Positions 46,123-60,860 of a stretch of DNA of 64,000 bases are shown one piece after another (position 1 is the first letter of the stretch; each line of letters opens with the position of its first letter). Source of the stretch: Ruditapes philippinarum. Lineage: Eukaryota. Location of the stretch: NCBI RefSeq assembly GCF_026571515.1, contig NW_026861540.1:186001-250000 (forward strand). Direction: 5' to 3'. The translations under genes were made by a program, and so were the position numbers. The notes beneath the pieces are model-generated. The model did no database searches and was not told where the DNA came from. It worked only from the letters and a program-made list of their open reading frames with translations.

Positions 46123-47232
46123 CGATATAAATACTAAAGTAGTATTAAGATTTTTCTTTAGTACAGCCGAAAAACCAACACATACATGTATATATCCAAT
46201 TGACCACAGATTAATCAATTATTTTTGATAATGTAAAATCAGATATATTTCAAGCAAGTCATGTATACTGTCATACCGTATTTTATGCACTGTAAATCTA
46301 TAAGGAGAAGGCCTTTATAAGCTCAGCTTTCGGACCCAATCCCTTTTCAACAATTCATGTTTGTATTGTGTACATTATTGTCTGTATATATATTGTGAAT
46401 TTGTTCGAAATAAACTAATAAAAGTATGTTTAAACTAATTATTTTTAATATATTCAGCAGATTATATGTTATATAACCACTGGATTGTTTAACATCATAA
46501 AAACTCAAATGCTACTTTGAATAAAATATAAAAATAATCAAGGAAAGTTTAAAACAAACAAAGATTAAATAAACTAGCTTTAGCTTACGAAGAAATGTTG
46601 ATTCAAACAAGATACTGTTACAGAAAAGATATCACAATTTATAGAAAACTACATTTTTTTTCAAGTAATACTGTGAATTATAACATTTGTATAAGTTTAA
46701 ACTAAAATATTTTTGAATGTACAGTTATGTTTTTAAATTTGAAGGTACATATTAATTGTAATTATGTTCAAGTGTTTCAAAATTCTAGAAATGATCCGTC
46801 TTCATTTGCGAAAATTGTTTGATCAGCAGAACTGTTATGAGAAAAATGAGGGAGAAAATTCAAAGATCAGACATTTCTGCTGTAAATCAAACCAAATTTT
46901 TCTGACACTTTCCTTATATATCAAGGGCTGATTATTTGCATTTTAGACAATAATACCACAGTGAAAGACATAAATTTAGGACGCCGCGTTGATAATTTGT
47001 CGGAAAAGATTCCACAAAATGTCGCAATATATAAATCACCAACCAATCAAAATACCGTAAATGTCACTTACAGCAAAAACAATGTTTGATAGATCGTGAG
47101 AACAATTGTTTGTGAAATTGTCTCTTCCTTGTTCCAGACCGAAAGTTAATTGCCATCAGAAAATAGAAAGTAGAAAATTTTATAAGATACATCTTCCAAA
47201 TTCAGGTCCATTCTATATCGATTCAATACAAT

Positions 47233-47400
47233 NNNNNNNNNNNNNNNNNNNNNNNNNNNNNNNNNNNNNNNNNNNNNNNNNNNNNNNNNNNNNNNNNNNN
47301 NNNNNNNNNNNNNNNNNNNNNNNNNNNNNNNNNNNNNNNNNNNNNNNNNNNNNNNNNNNNNNNNNNNNNNNNNNNNNNNNNNNNNNNNNNNNNNNNNNNN
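47233..47400. other. Assembly gap (168 N)
   Basis: Run of N. Confidence 1.
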
Positions 47401-49774
47401 AAAAAACTTTACATCTTTACATGGAGTTTAAAACATGCCAAATGCTTTTGGTTCTATTTATTTGCTTTGCGTATTTTATTTCACTTTAATTTGATAAGGA
47501 AGTGTTTGTTTTGCACTCGAAAGTAAACGGTTCGTAATCTTATACAAGGGTTCTCTTTTCAACATTTCTACGGGAGTTAAAATGATAGATTACGCAAACA
47601 ACAAATAACCAATAAATGAATTTCTATATGTTAAGATCTTTCATAATCATTTTGTGCAAATATCATTAGGTCAGTTTATATATCTATATATCAATGTAGA
47701 AAAAAAGTTCTCCTCGCCTTATTGGGACGTTATGTGAAGGCCACAAGCTTTCTAATATAAAGAAATTGATGTATAGTGATGTATAGGACAATGGACGGTT
47801 GAGCACGCCACAAACTTACAAATTAAAAGTGTATGCTTAAGGAATATAAAAGTACCACCCGTATATGCCTATTTCACTCTCAAATATGTAGGTGAGGTAA
47901 CACAACTTATGGCCAAATGCCTTATATAGGCTAAAAGTTGAGTTGCTAAGTATTCCATCGAGCTTTTAAGCAACATATGTGTAATGATTCATAAGCAATG
48001 TGCTGCAAACATAAGTGCTGATTCGGGCAATGAAATTGTTATTTTTCTAGGGGCCATGGACAAGTGTCTGGTATTGCTGAGCCGTAGAGGCTTTTATATT
48101 TCGAACAAACATTAACATATATATTCGAAAGAGTTTAATGAAAATACGTTACCTACAAGGGAACTGCATTATACATATATTGATAAAAACACATTATTTA
48201 TTTATTCATTTTTATTATTATTTCAAAAAGAACGCAAATTGTGTATATCTTATTCATAAGCAGTCACTGGTGATTTTATAATTTATGCATGAGTTCCCTT
48301 TATGGTTACCGAACAGACACAATATGAGAAAAACTCTATCTAAAGCCGACATAAAAGATGTCCAATTATCGCGAAATTACCATAACCTATGCATAAAGTA
48401 TTTTATGTCCGAATAATTTGATGAGACATCTTCAGACATCTAAACACTTTCGAAGCAAAAAAAAATGAAAATAATTGAACATGACGCATCACTAACCTTA
48501 ATAAAATCTACTACGTTACGTTTATGTTTCGTCTCAGATGTCAACATGACCTTATCTTAGTTTTTAAAGACCCACAGGATTCGAATTCGATGCTTACCCT
48601 TTTCAGCTAAGCACAGGCAGACGTCCATAACCGAGTGACTATCTTTGACAATAAATGGTTGAATCTTTATATCAATAAAACATGCGAGATGTCCATTGCC
48701 TGAAGATAATAGGGTTGAATGAGGAATAATTTTTGATAAAATTAGCAACATGTAAATAAGTACCGGTAGTATTTCGACTTAGTAAATACATACACAAATA
48801 TCAAATCACTAATAATTGTTTTTCTTTCCAAAGCGCAGAAGAAATAAAAGATGGCTCAGTTATATGGCCAATGAGTAACCTTTTTGGACAATATGACAGG
48901 GCAATTTTGAAAAAAATAAAAACAGCATATTTTTAGACCTAATGAGTTTTAATATGCACAACTCAAGATAAAAAGCTACACGATTGAAAGACATAAAACA
49001 AAATTATTACAGAACATTACATTACAATTTTGATTGATTGATTATAGATTTCATTCTAATTTAACTTTTTTAAGATTAATATTAAGCACCGTCCGGCTCC
49101 TTTATTACGTATAAAACTTTTAATGCTAAGTTCTGAGTAAAAACGTTTTAACGAAAATAAAAAAATAATTCATTTGACCTTGAGATTATACATTTATAAA
49201 GTGCAATCACGTTATCTGTTATTTAGGTTAAAACAATCAAGGATATAATTTAGAGACATACGCACATAAACATTTGAATCAAATAAAGTCATAACATTTT
49301 GACAAAGATGAAAGCGATAATAATTTACAAACAGGATGCATTTTGTTTTTCAATCCTCCTTCGGACGTTGACCTTTAAGACAATCAATTTTGATAAATAT
49401 ATAGTTAAGATGATTGATTATTATTGAATACTGTTCATATCAAAATATTAGTTCCACCAGTATTTCTATTATGCAGTTAAAAAATGATGGCTTTTGTAAA
49501 TGTATAAAAGTAAACATATGTTAATTTCTTTTTTTGGAAAAGAATTCTACAAAATTTTATATATTTCGGTCTAATACATTCCCTCAGTGTAAAGTTGAAT
49601 TTATGTATATCTTGTGTTGTATATGTTCTGGAATGAAATATGTTTAAACTAATTTAACGTTTTTCTTTTTCTGTCTTTCATAAAAGAAGATAAATGGTTA
49701 CACTAAACCAAATATCTACATATTTTTAAGTAACATTTACAGACATGTTTCAAAAGGTTTCAAAATCGCCATAA

Positions 49775-50090
49775 AAGCCCATTAAGCTTTCAATATGCAG
49801 AAATGTATATTTGTCATTATGATATTTGGTATTTTGATACAATATCTAAAGCCATATAGATGGACTACATTTTCTCCTTTTTGCTTTTTGGACATTGGTA
49901 ACAGTCATTTAGTATTTTGTATGGTAGTCAAAATACTAATATGTTTATATTTTGCTACTTTAATGACACATTACTGCTCATTGAAATCTACTTTCTTGAG
50001 GCAATTAACATCTAAAATGCTCGAATCCATTATTGAAACATTATTAAACACATGTTTGACTTGTCTAAGGAATAAAAATTACGCGTGCCT
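49775..50090. mobile_element. Kolobok-like MITE ~125 bp upstream of the dermatopontin-family TATA box
   Basis: AGCCCATTAAGC ... GTGCCT|TTAA; core AGTCATTTAGTATTTTGTATGGTAGTCAAAATACTA is identical to the 33444 copy. Confidence 0.55.
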
Positions 50091-50214
50091 TTAAAATATG
50101 ATATGAATAACCATTTTTACACATGAAACGATATATTATCATATATACAAAAACTAGTTTTAAAAGTTAAAATGAATATACTGAACTAACCTGTAATGTT
50201 AGTCAAACGCAAAC

Positions 50215-50226
50215 TATATATATATA
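50215..50226 (+). promoter_or_regulatory. TATA element of the dermatopontin-family gene
   Basis: (TA)6 70-80 bp upstream of ATG 50295. Confidence 0.45.
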
Positions 50227-50294
50227 GGACGAAATAAAGATGTGAGTATGGACAGAAATTCAAACAAAAAGCTGAAAACATTTGAAACATTGCT

Positions 50295-53053
50295 ATGGTA
50301 AGTAAAGATTATTTTAATTCATTCAGCATAATATGTTGTAAAAGTAAACGTTGTTTTGCTTAATTCAAATGCTTATTCAGTAAATTATTTCATTTAATGT
50401 TTAAAGACGTTAGATTTTACAACAGTTCATATTAAAATGAATTACATTATCTAAATTTGAATTTGTACTGGTCTATTTCTTAAAATTCAGCAACACGTTT
50501 ATTGTATATACCTTAAGAGCGTTTCTTATAAAGTATAAAATGCTTTAGAATGCCTTCGTGTTATCATTAAAAACTCGATCTCCAAGTAAATGATTTCTTT
50601 AAAATCTCAAAAGTGATATTATTTTAAAATGCTTTCATGTTATCACATAATTAAACACGATCTCCATGTAAACTACCCTAAACCGATCCATTTAACAATA
50701 TCACTAATAAAAAAACATTTATCTGTTTCATTGTATTCATAGACGCTTAAGTTTGTTGTTGCTCTGTTCGGGTTGTACTTCTGTCCAACACTGCTGGCCT
50801 GCAGATGGGCCAATGATTGGGATGGTCCGTTAAATTTTGAATGTGGGAGTGACCAGTTTGTATCACATATCGAGAGTGATCATAGAAATGATAAAGAAGA
50901 TAGAAGGTACAAAATGTGCTGCAGACAAACACCTAGATATGTCAAATTCGAAACAACAAGATGCCATTGGACAGGTAAGCAACTTAATTTAAAACACTTT
51001 ATTAAAAGTAATAATGCGTGCCATGAATATAATGTCATAAACATTATATGTCATTTTTCGTTCTAGAACATCAAAAAGTAGTCACAATAAGAATGATAAA
51101 ATATTTATAAGCCACTATAAAAGATAAATAAATGAAAACTCATATACGTTACAGAAAAGTTTAGAAAGATATACAAATTGTAATTTTTTAATAAAAGTGG
51201 GTCCTGGTTTTACTGAAAATTGTGTTATACATTTTTGCTCGTTTTGTCTGTTTTTTCCCCCTAATATTAATCACTCAATAAGTAACCGAATAGGTGTGTT
51301 CACTAAACCCAGGAACACTTTTTTCAGTTTTCTAAATTTTTTTATGGCTGCAAATAGACCTTTCACTTTTTTTTACTCAGAAAAAACTGCGGATTAAGAA
51401 AAACAAGACCTCAATTTTGGTGATAAATCAAAATGATTTAATTGTTACGGTATTTCAAGACATATTCTAATGTTATATTTAGATTACCTCAACAACTATG
51501 ATGAATTTCTAACATTTACCTGCGGGAACAGTGGTTACATAAATGGGTTTAAGAGTATTCATAGCAATCATCACGAGGATAGGAAATGGAAAATTCGCTG
51601 TTGCACGGTTCAAGGTAATATCCTTTGTTTCATATTTTATTTGTCTGTCTTTGACACTTATTTCATCATTTCGGCGGCTTGTCAATTTAAAAGGCTTTTA
51701 TTGAATACTAATCAGAAATAAACAATTTCTCCACAAATAACCGGCTACATATCCAACATGATTTCTTAATCAGCAGTGGGAGACAAATGCCCAAAGGTGA
51801 TGTCAGAAATCAATGGAAACAAAAAGTATCTTTCAAAAAATATACTCGACCGAAGTAAAACTGGTTAACTTGAATATGTTATTTTTAAATTTTACATATA
51901 GGAAATTTAGGAACGCATGAATAATTATGACATAATCCATTGTAATTTCTTGCAGTTAAGAAAAAAAATTAACAAACTTTTAATTATAAGCAGTGTATGC
52001 ATGTTTTGTGGGTTGCAGAACGGATATTTAGAACTATCCTGTACATTTTATTTTATACCTATTATAGTGAATATTATTAGTTACGTTGAAAATATGTTTA
52101 TGACAAAAGTACATACATATATCTGTATTGATAGGTTATAATATCATTTTATTCACAATAATTTTTCACTAAAATCTTAAAAAACGTAAAATTGTTTACA
52201 ATACGGTACTTAAATAATGACTGTTTGTGTTTTCACCATGATGCTTATTTGTTATACATGATGACATATTGTGTGAATGGCACATAACTGCAAACGGAAA
52301 ATCTATAACCAATCAAAATAAACAAGGAGTCGCCTCTCTTTGAACAAAAAACAGTATAAATTCATATGCTCTTTTGATTTTAGGCTTGTACCTTCCTTCT
52401 CACGAATTCACATTCACTGGATGGACAAACAATTGGGATGGTCACCAAGACTTTACCACCCAGCATAATCATATAACCGCAGGTGTTTGGTCAGAACATA
52501 GCAATCACCACGAGTATGAATCTCATTCTTCATAAATGATAATGAATACTGATATGTCTGTTTATTGTAGACGTTTTCAAGTGTGTCTATGTAATGGGAT
52601 CATTTGAAGCTAAATCTCCTATTTTCTCATATAAATAAGAAGAGGATCTCAAAAATTTCATCCACTGTAGTTTCATGTTCAAAATTACAAATTTGCTCCA
52701 TTTAAAAGGTCACAATTATTCAGATATCTTTAAAGAAAGCATTGTTTTATTAATTATATGCTTATAATTATGAGCATGCAGTGAGTAATTATATGATTTC
52801 ATAAATATATTTAAGAAAACAACATATTTTAAAATCGATTGCAATGAAACTATGATTCCTATTAACTAACTATTTCAGTTTAATAATATTGCTTTCGGAC
52901 TATCTACATTATATTGTTTGTTTGTTTTTCATTTACATATAATATTTCAGGGACAGACGTTGGAATTATCTTGTTTGCAGACCGAGTCGAAGTACACTGA
53001 CAAACATATTGCAACGCCAGAATGATACTTCATTATACGTGGAACAAAATTGA
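50295..53053 (+). CDS. Hemagglutinin/amebocyte aggregation factor-like protein (dermatopontin family), 199 aa. Exons 50295-50297, 50743-50974, 51483-51614, 52384-52513, 52951-53053
   Basis: 600-nt spliced ORF with signal peptide MTLKFVVALFGLYFCPTLLA. Three repeats begin N-x-(W/Y)-D and end S-x-H-x-N-x-x-EDR-x-(W/Y): WANDWDG..SDHRNDKEDRRY; YLNNYDE..SIHSNHHEDRKW; WTNNWDG..SEHSNHHEDRRW. AATAAA at 53118 and 53133. Confidence 0.92.
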
Positions 53054-53607
53054 TTCTGATTTTTGATAAAAAGTAGTTACCAGTTGATTTAATTCACCAA
53101 TGTTTTGTAATGCTTAGAATAAATATTTTAGAAATAAAGCAATGCAAAATATCATAAAACATTTTGTTACGTTATGTTATACACCTTTTTGAATTGATTT
53201 ATTTATATCAATTCTCTCTTATATTCTCTTCAAGATAAGCAATAGAGAAATTTACATTTCTGTTTTCACTATTGATTGAGAATATAAGATAAAAGTATCA
53301 ATTTCGTTAATTTCTGAATTACATCTTTCTATATTTGAATACAAGACTTGATAGATTTCTCTACATTGTACTAAAGATAGATCGTTGAAGATTGTAATAA
53401 AAATATTAGATATTTCACAAATAGCATGTTAATTATCTATTTTTATTCCATTCAATAAATGTGGATGTAAAGGTAGACGGAGTGCATTTGGTAGAATTAA
53501 TCTATCAGACTTATATTACTGAAAATTACTTTGTGTTTTGAGAGAAATACATGTAATGTTCGAATAATCAACTACTTTCTGTTGGTAATTGAGGATTCAC
53601 GTGAATA

Positions 53608-53640
53608 ACCATCACCGCCACCACCACAACCACCACCACC

Positions 53641-53677
<37 letters not shown>
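53608..53677. repeat. Compound (ACC)n-(AAC)n microsatellite
   Basis: Direct reading. Confidence 0.9.
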
Positions 53678-53678
<1 letters not shown>

Positions 53679-56600
53679 ATAAATATAAATTAATTTAAAT
53701 AAAAATAAAATAAAAATGACATTGAGCGGTTATATATTACGCAAAATAACTAAGCAGCATCTAATCTATGCTTTGTATTATTTTGAAATGTAACTAGTAC
53801 AACTTCACAGACCTGCGACTTAATTATTCTTAATTATTATTATTATAGCTATATATGTATATAGTTTTGTAATTACCGCCAAAAACCAAAGTCACTGCAA
53901 TAAACAATTATCCTCTCCACTCCTCTCCTCTCCTCCTCTCTTCTCCTATCTTTTCTTATCTTACAAAGGTGTAACTGACATAATGCTAACACTGGTTCAC
54001 AGATTTTATATGGTAGAAGACCATGTAACGCATGCAATTTTGGCGATTGTAATACATATGTATGAATATTTCAACGAGCTTATGTCGAATCAGTGTGTAA
54101 AGTTAAAGTACAATTTACAATTATTTATTTTTCAAATCAGAAAACCCAAATGAATGTTCAAGAATGACTATTTTATATAAGCAAATGTTATTATCCTAAA
54201 TAATAACTGACAAATATTAAACACAAAAAGCGAATTTAACAGCAAAAACCCAGACTGCTAAAACAGACATATATAATGAGTAATGATACAGCAAAAAAAC
54301 ACAAGAAGGTCGATGAAAACAGAAAAACACATTAAAAGGCAGATCTAATTTCCTGTGGACATTTGATCATTTAAAAAAAACTCTATACTGCCATTTTCTT
54401 ATATTAAATATGTTATTTTGCTTCACACAAATTGATAAAAGACAGTCTAAGAAACTTCAGCTGGACAAGAACATATGGGTGAAGATTAAAGAAATGTAAA
54501 ATAAGAATGCGTTTTCCAGCTTAAATTGTTTCCAAAAATAATTTTGAGGAAAAAAATGACATACAAAGTGCATACGTCAATAAACAAAAATTGTTTAAAG
54601 TTTTAAGTAATACTTCTTTGTATGTAAGCAAAACTTACTCCTCTTTTTATACTGTGCTCATTTTATACTGTGAATGCAGTTTTATTAAAAACTGAAACAC
54701 GTCTTTTGCCTCTAGAAAGAAATCAATTAACAAAATTTTGTCCGTATTATTTTTTTATGATTCGAAATTTTATAAAGGAGGATAAAGAGTAAATACCTTA
54801 TCTAAAAGTGCTTCATTTCTCAGCTCTTAATATATATCTTAGTACAATTTTCGAAAAGGGAGGGGTTATGTCTTCACGTGTACAATATACATACTTTGTC
54901 AGGTCTCATATTCAGTATAGTTTAATAATTGCAGAAACGTTTACTCTAAAGGTTTACCTTATCTGATAGTGTGGCATAATTTATACAGTATGTAATTACA
55001 TATCTTAATATATGTTTTATAGAGTATTTGCATTAAACTCATAACATTAATTTACTTTTAGAAAGGAGGATCATTGGCCCAAATTCACTTATTTGAGGGA
55101 CATATTGGTATTAAATGTAAAATGTTGTAAGCTAATGAAACTTATAAACTTGTCCTGAAGACTTTTAGAGGTAAGGTATCAAATTGTTGCATTGAAAAAT
55201 GTCTCACATTATTTCCCCTGCAAATCGCCCTCACTCATCTTTTTTTGTTTAAAGATAAATAGACGCTGATAAGAAAAAAACCCTTATTAAACAGGATTTA
55301 GCAAGGGTTACTTTTATTTTGGAATAAGTGAGTCCTTACTTGCGACTTGGTACAAATAATTAATTTCTTACTTGTGTTTATCGAAACAAATTTTTAATTA
55401 AGAGTATTTAATAACACAATAGAAGAAAAATCTCATGACTTTGAATAGTACTTATAACCCCATGATTATGAGCTGCAAACTCCTATTTATGAGTAAGTTT
55501 CTTAATATAATCTATGAATTTGTTCTATAAAGAAAATAAATCAACTCTTGAATAATAGTTATAATAGCCTAATGAGGGCTTAATTACTTCAAATTAGAAG
55601 AAATTAATTTTGTTACTCTCTTTAAGGAGTTAAAAAAGCTAATTATGAAAATTTTAAACAAGTAAGGATTTCAAGTCATACATGTATTAGAATGGTAATT
55701 TGCAAGGTGTGCCTTCCGAATATAAATTTAATGAGTCCGGGAACTTAATAGGAAATGGAACGAAATTAACCTCCACATGAAGAGCAGGCAACCTTATTAC
55801 GCAAAATTTCCCTGTACTTCCGGTCTGCTGTACGAGCTCGCTATTAAAAGATAGTGAACACCTTTTAACTGATTAGGAGGAATGTTTTTTCTTTATCTTC
55901 TATTCTAAACATATATACCGTGAAATCATGGTTTGCACTTTTCGTCCTACAGTCAGAACTTGTTTTGAAACTTTCCCGAAATGGTTTTGTTTTCTTTGAC
56001 AAATGAACAAAATCCATTTAAGGGGTAAATACGATTAAAATACGTATTTTGTTAAATTTTTACGTTAATCGCATGCTGTAGTATTGTTTGAGAAACAGTG
56101 GAGGAGTCAAAATGAACATAAATTACACGGTTTGTCAAATGTACTTTACATTCCATCATTGTTTATCGTGAGAAAATTACTTGCCTTTGAATTGCAAATG
56201 ACTGTCGGGCAGGAAATAAGTACTAAAGCTGGAATTGTTTTTTCCTTTTATATTTTCGTAAGCAAAATAAAAGATGTAAGATATATAACACCATCCCTGA
56301 AATTAAAAGTACACTAAGTGTCATTGGTCGTTATTGAATAACGACAGTCTTATTGGAACACAAAATTGTCAATGTGATTCAAAAAATGTCATTGGACTAT
56401 TTATGTCCTACATACACTATAAAATGTGAAAAAAGAAACATCCATCGAGAGCAATGGCTACAATAGCAAATAAAAATCTGGATAAAGTGTGATACCTCAG
56501 AAGCATAAATCACAATAAAAATATATGAAAATTGCAGACCCGGTTTGGGTCTGTACATAAGGAATAATGCAAAATTGTAAGATCCCTCATGCCCTCTAGT

Positions 56601-57526
56601 GCCGGCTTGAATGGTACTCAATTTTCAATACTTAAAAATGCTAGAATCAATAATTCCGAAGGACTTAAAAAAATAAAAATAAATAAGTAAATAAATAACA
56701 ACACAGAAGCGAAGTACAAGCTGAAACACAACACTTGAACACTGTTGTTGTGAAGTAAAAGACTCGGTTTGACTGAGATTGTTCACAAGAAATAAATGTA
56801 AAGTGTAACATCTACACGTTCCCTTCATCTGAATTTGCCAAAAGAAAAGATCATTCAAATAAATACAATGTGGTTCTTTTCTATATGCAACTAACATTTT
56901 AGCTAGATTGTACTGTTACACATAATCAAATTGTTTTTTTACCTTAAAGGATATTGTCTAATTCAAGGTAGCTAACAAATATTTCAATTTTCAATGTTGC
57001 AATCATTGATTTTGCTTAAAAAGGACCTATTCAATATGTGTTAATAAACATTTTAGCAGAAACAAAAGTCATTGTTTTGTTGTTGTGACATTCATCTTGC
57101 ACTTCCTTTGGGGAAAAAAGACTTGGGCATTGAGCCGTGGTATACCAGTTGGTGATATATCAGCAGCTAAATTTGTCTTTATAAATTACCCTTAAATAAC
57201 AATTACATTGTGTTAAAACGTAAAAATGGTCAACAGTTTCTAAAATTACTTCTACGAGTATTGATTTGCATTCTCTATTTGACAGCTATTCTCTTCCGTT
57301 AACGAATTAAATTATATTAGCAAAATTAATACAAATTCGGAGCATTCAATTACATTTTTCGTCTAGGATTTAAATCATTGTATCCCCCTTGAGACCTTTG
57401 CAGAACAAATGACTTGATGAAAATTTATGACGAAGGAAATAGAACATCATTCGATGATACGGATGCAACAGAGACAAATATGCTAGAAGTACATCAAAGT
57501 AGATAAAAATATTGGGTGGTGTTTAA

Positions 57527-57866
57527 AGGAACTCTGAGGTCCATAAGCGTAAAAAATGAATTTCACTCAAAGATCAGTTTTGGTACTTTCAATAGAAAGA
57601 TATACAAAAAATTATTTAAAAATATACTAAAAATGAATTGAAAATCGTATTTTTGTGCTGTTTTTAGCCCGGTTTGAGTGGAAAGAGTCGCAATACTTTT
57701 CAATTTTGGGTCATTTTTCACAGTTTGAATAATTATTTTTGAAAAAATGAAGTGACCAAATGATCTGAAATTTCGCACACAAGCTATTGGCCTACACCAA
57801 CTGGAACACAAATATCGAAACATTATTTTCAAACCCGTCATGTCAAAACACCTACATGGTGTCCCT
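57527..57866. mobile_element. Possible Kolobok-like MITE
   Basis: TTAA|AGGAACTC ... GGTGTCCCT|TTCA; TIR and TSD are imperfect. Confidence 0.35.
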
Positions 57867-58013
57867 TTCAAATATCATTCATTTATGTAATAAGACTATA
57901 TATTTCAGTTCCGTTATTTATATTTTGGGTAAAGTGCCATTTTGTCTCTAGTTTGTTTCGCGGATAACATACCGTATAATAAATAATTCATTGATTTTAA
58001 CAATCAATATTAA

Positions 58014-58300
58014 CACTGCTAGAACAGAGAGTTTATTAAGCTTTTGCCATCAGTACAGAGCCAGACAAACCAGCACATCCATTGATTCTATACTTTTGAC
58101 TGTACAAGGGTGCGTGAACCGGAGCTTCCAGTTTCCAGTAACGTCCATGAACATACTCCGTCAAATCGAACCTGCAACATTTTGTCGATATGGGCGATCT
58201 TTACGGATTCAGTTTTTTTTCTATTTTAGTTTCTTGACATCCCGATAGGACAGTTCCAAAAATGGACGTTGGGCATTAAAGAAATCCAGCAAGTTGAGGG
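58014..58300. mobile_element. Degenerate piggyBac-like MITE
   Basis: TTAA flanks; right end CAGCAAGTTGAGGG|TTAA is similar to 2120-2135. Confidence 0.4.
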
Positions 58301-60639
58301 TTAACCATGTCTAAATGTGATAAAGCATAGATAAATAACTGTATTTTTGATAAGTTCATTTGATCTTGAAATAAATTTCTCTTGATATCAATGTTTCTGA
58401 AATATTCAGGTTATGCTTGTAATTCAAAGTATTCTTGGACACAATAAAAACGTGACAAGAATGAAACAAATTCGTTGCAAATTTGTATAGTAATTGACAT
58501 GAAATACTGAAATTACCACATAATACACGGGGAATTAAAGATGTAAGGATCATCAAAATTAAAAATCATTTCTATAAAATTCAATCATATCTTAGTGTTA
58601 CATAGGAGAAGTTTACAATATAAAAATCGCTTTAAAATACGAATCTGTTAAAAGCATTGCTTCGAAGATAGCACTAGATTAAAATTTAACGATTGTCAGT
58701 CATGCACAAACCTTTAAAGAATACAGGAAGTTAATTATTTATGGTATACCTTCCATAACGAAACAACAAACTTTCAATACAAAATTACTTTGCATATCTT
58801 TTTGATTGTTTTTGAAGATTTTTTTTCTCGCTTTACACATTTATAACAGACTTCTTTTCATCCAAAATGTCTTAAAATATATATCAAGATAAAACATTTG
58901 AAATGTTTACACTTTAGCTTTCAACTGTGACTGACAATATTAGATAAAATCATTACATTTGGATTTTGAGACTGATTCTTTTGATGCAATTGATTAGTTC
59001 ACACATGTGAAATGTGGTACTAGTACATTAAACACGATAAAGGTTCATTAAGATTAATAGAGAATTAACTTTGAAACTAAAGGTCTAAGTATTTAACAAA
59101 TATGAAAGTATAAAAGCTCAAAACAATAGGAGAAAAAATCATTTCAAATAATACTTTACTAATATTTGTATAATTTTTAATTTTTGTTAACATTTTATCA
59201 TGGTCATTATTTATTTTTTTTGCTATTGCTAAGAATATCATATTATCAATTTTTCCAATGTTTACGATATCATTTATCCTTTTTTTCTGTTGTTTGTCAT
59301 GTATTTGAAATATGTTCATTGTTATCTTAGATTCATTCCATATAGGAACGTTGTGTTTCCCCAATTACATCTATGAAATCTGTGAGTTTATCAGACACAT
59401 CCCAAGATAAATACTATTCATATTTGAAATTTTATTCTATTTATATTGTTTTCAATGAAGAATCAAGATAAGCATATGAAAAATTAATAACAATTTCAGT
59501 TTTCAATATTGATTGTCAATATCAGATCAAATCTTTACTACTGTTCTAAATCTATGCATATTGAATTTGAAACTTGAAATGTCTAAAAGCATTTGGTATA
59601 TTTATTAGGAAACATATTTAGAATTTGATAAAGAATGCCGAGCCGAATTGTTATGAATAAATGACCATTTCAAACAAATACTATTTAACCGTGCGATTTG
59701 CTTGATTGTAATTTGGAATACTAAAATCGCATCATGTAAAACTTGATCAACTCTTGTAAAATTTATAGAAACAATTGTTTTAAACAACTGGTTTTAACTC
59801 AAATTTGTTTGAAAAGAAAGTTTTTTTCATAAAAAAATATCTAAAATGAATATACAAAACAGACGCTACATGTTGCACTTTATTGAAGCTCTTTTAAAGC
59901 ACACGCTCTCTAGATAATCGTTGTATTTACTGTTTGAAAATAAGCAAACATATGCTTACAAGGCACTTCATCGTTCCATTACAATTTTAAAACCAACCCT
60001 AAATGCAACAAGGAAATCAAATGAATATGCGTTTTATTGTAATATTACATTAACACAATTCCAAGAATTTTTCAAACTTTGAATTTTTGCAAAATTTTAA
60101 TTTGAAAGTATCTTAATGTAATCAAATATTAACAACTCCATAACACTACACATTTTGAAACACATAAAAGATTAGTTTTTCTGGATCACATCTTGCGAAA
60201 TATTATTACTCTTCATTATTCCATAAATCGTCTATACGCATTATATGAAATATGATGCACATTTTATTGCGAATAGTTACTAGCTTTTAGTTATTTCATA
60301 AGCATTGTATAAATAACACATAGGTTTGTTGGCAACCTGATGAAAATACTGTACCCAAACCGTTAGCCGACGTGCTTTTGGTTTGTTTAGTGACACCAAG
60401 GTGTGTTAAAATTGTTGCATGCTTTTTTAAGATGTCTGTTGTTATGTTTATTAAAAGAAAGAAAGGGTAATAACGGGGCGTAATATACCAATACACATAT
60501 AAATTAAATACATAGTGAGGTAGTATATCAATAATGTTCATACATACAATGTTATCTCCCTTTATTATCTAAAATCTTATACATATCGTCTCAGTTCTAG
60601 TGATATTGTTATCCAATATTTTTAGTTTACTCCGATCGG

Positions 60640-60860
60640 TTTAAAAAATACAGAGCGGACATGAAATTTTGAAATTTATACATTATGGCTAATTGTGACC
60701 TTGACCATGACCCGAGGAAGGTCAAACTGTTTTCTGTACATCGTCTTATTATGGTAAACAATTCTGAAGTGTAGTTTCAATGAAGGACGGACAGAGGGAC
60801 AGACAGATGGGCGGACTGCAAGCCAGGTGCATAACAATATATACAGATTTTTCCCCGGAT
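60640..60860 (+). repeat. Remnant of a pearl/HINE-like element
   Basis: TGTGACCTTGACC motif followed by a degenerate (GGAC/AGAC)n tract. Confidence 0.4.

Noticed and set aside
47233-47400. Gap length (168) equals the satellite monomer length; ORF 47106-47489 spans it
   Set aside because: Gap flanks contain no satellite sequence, so this is coincidence; the ORF exists only because N codons contain no stop.
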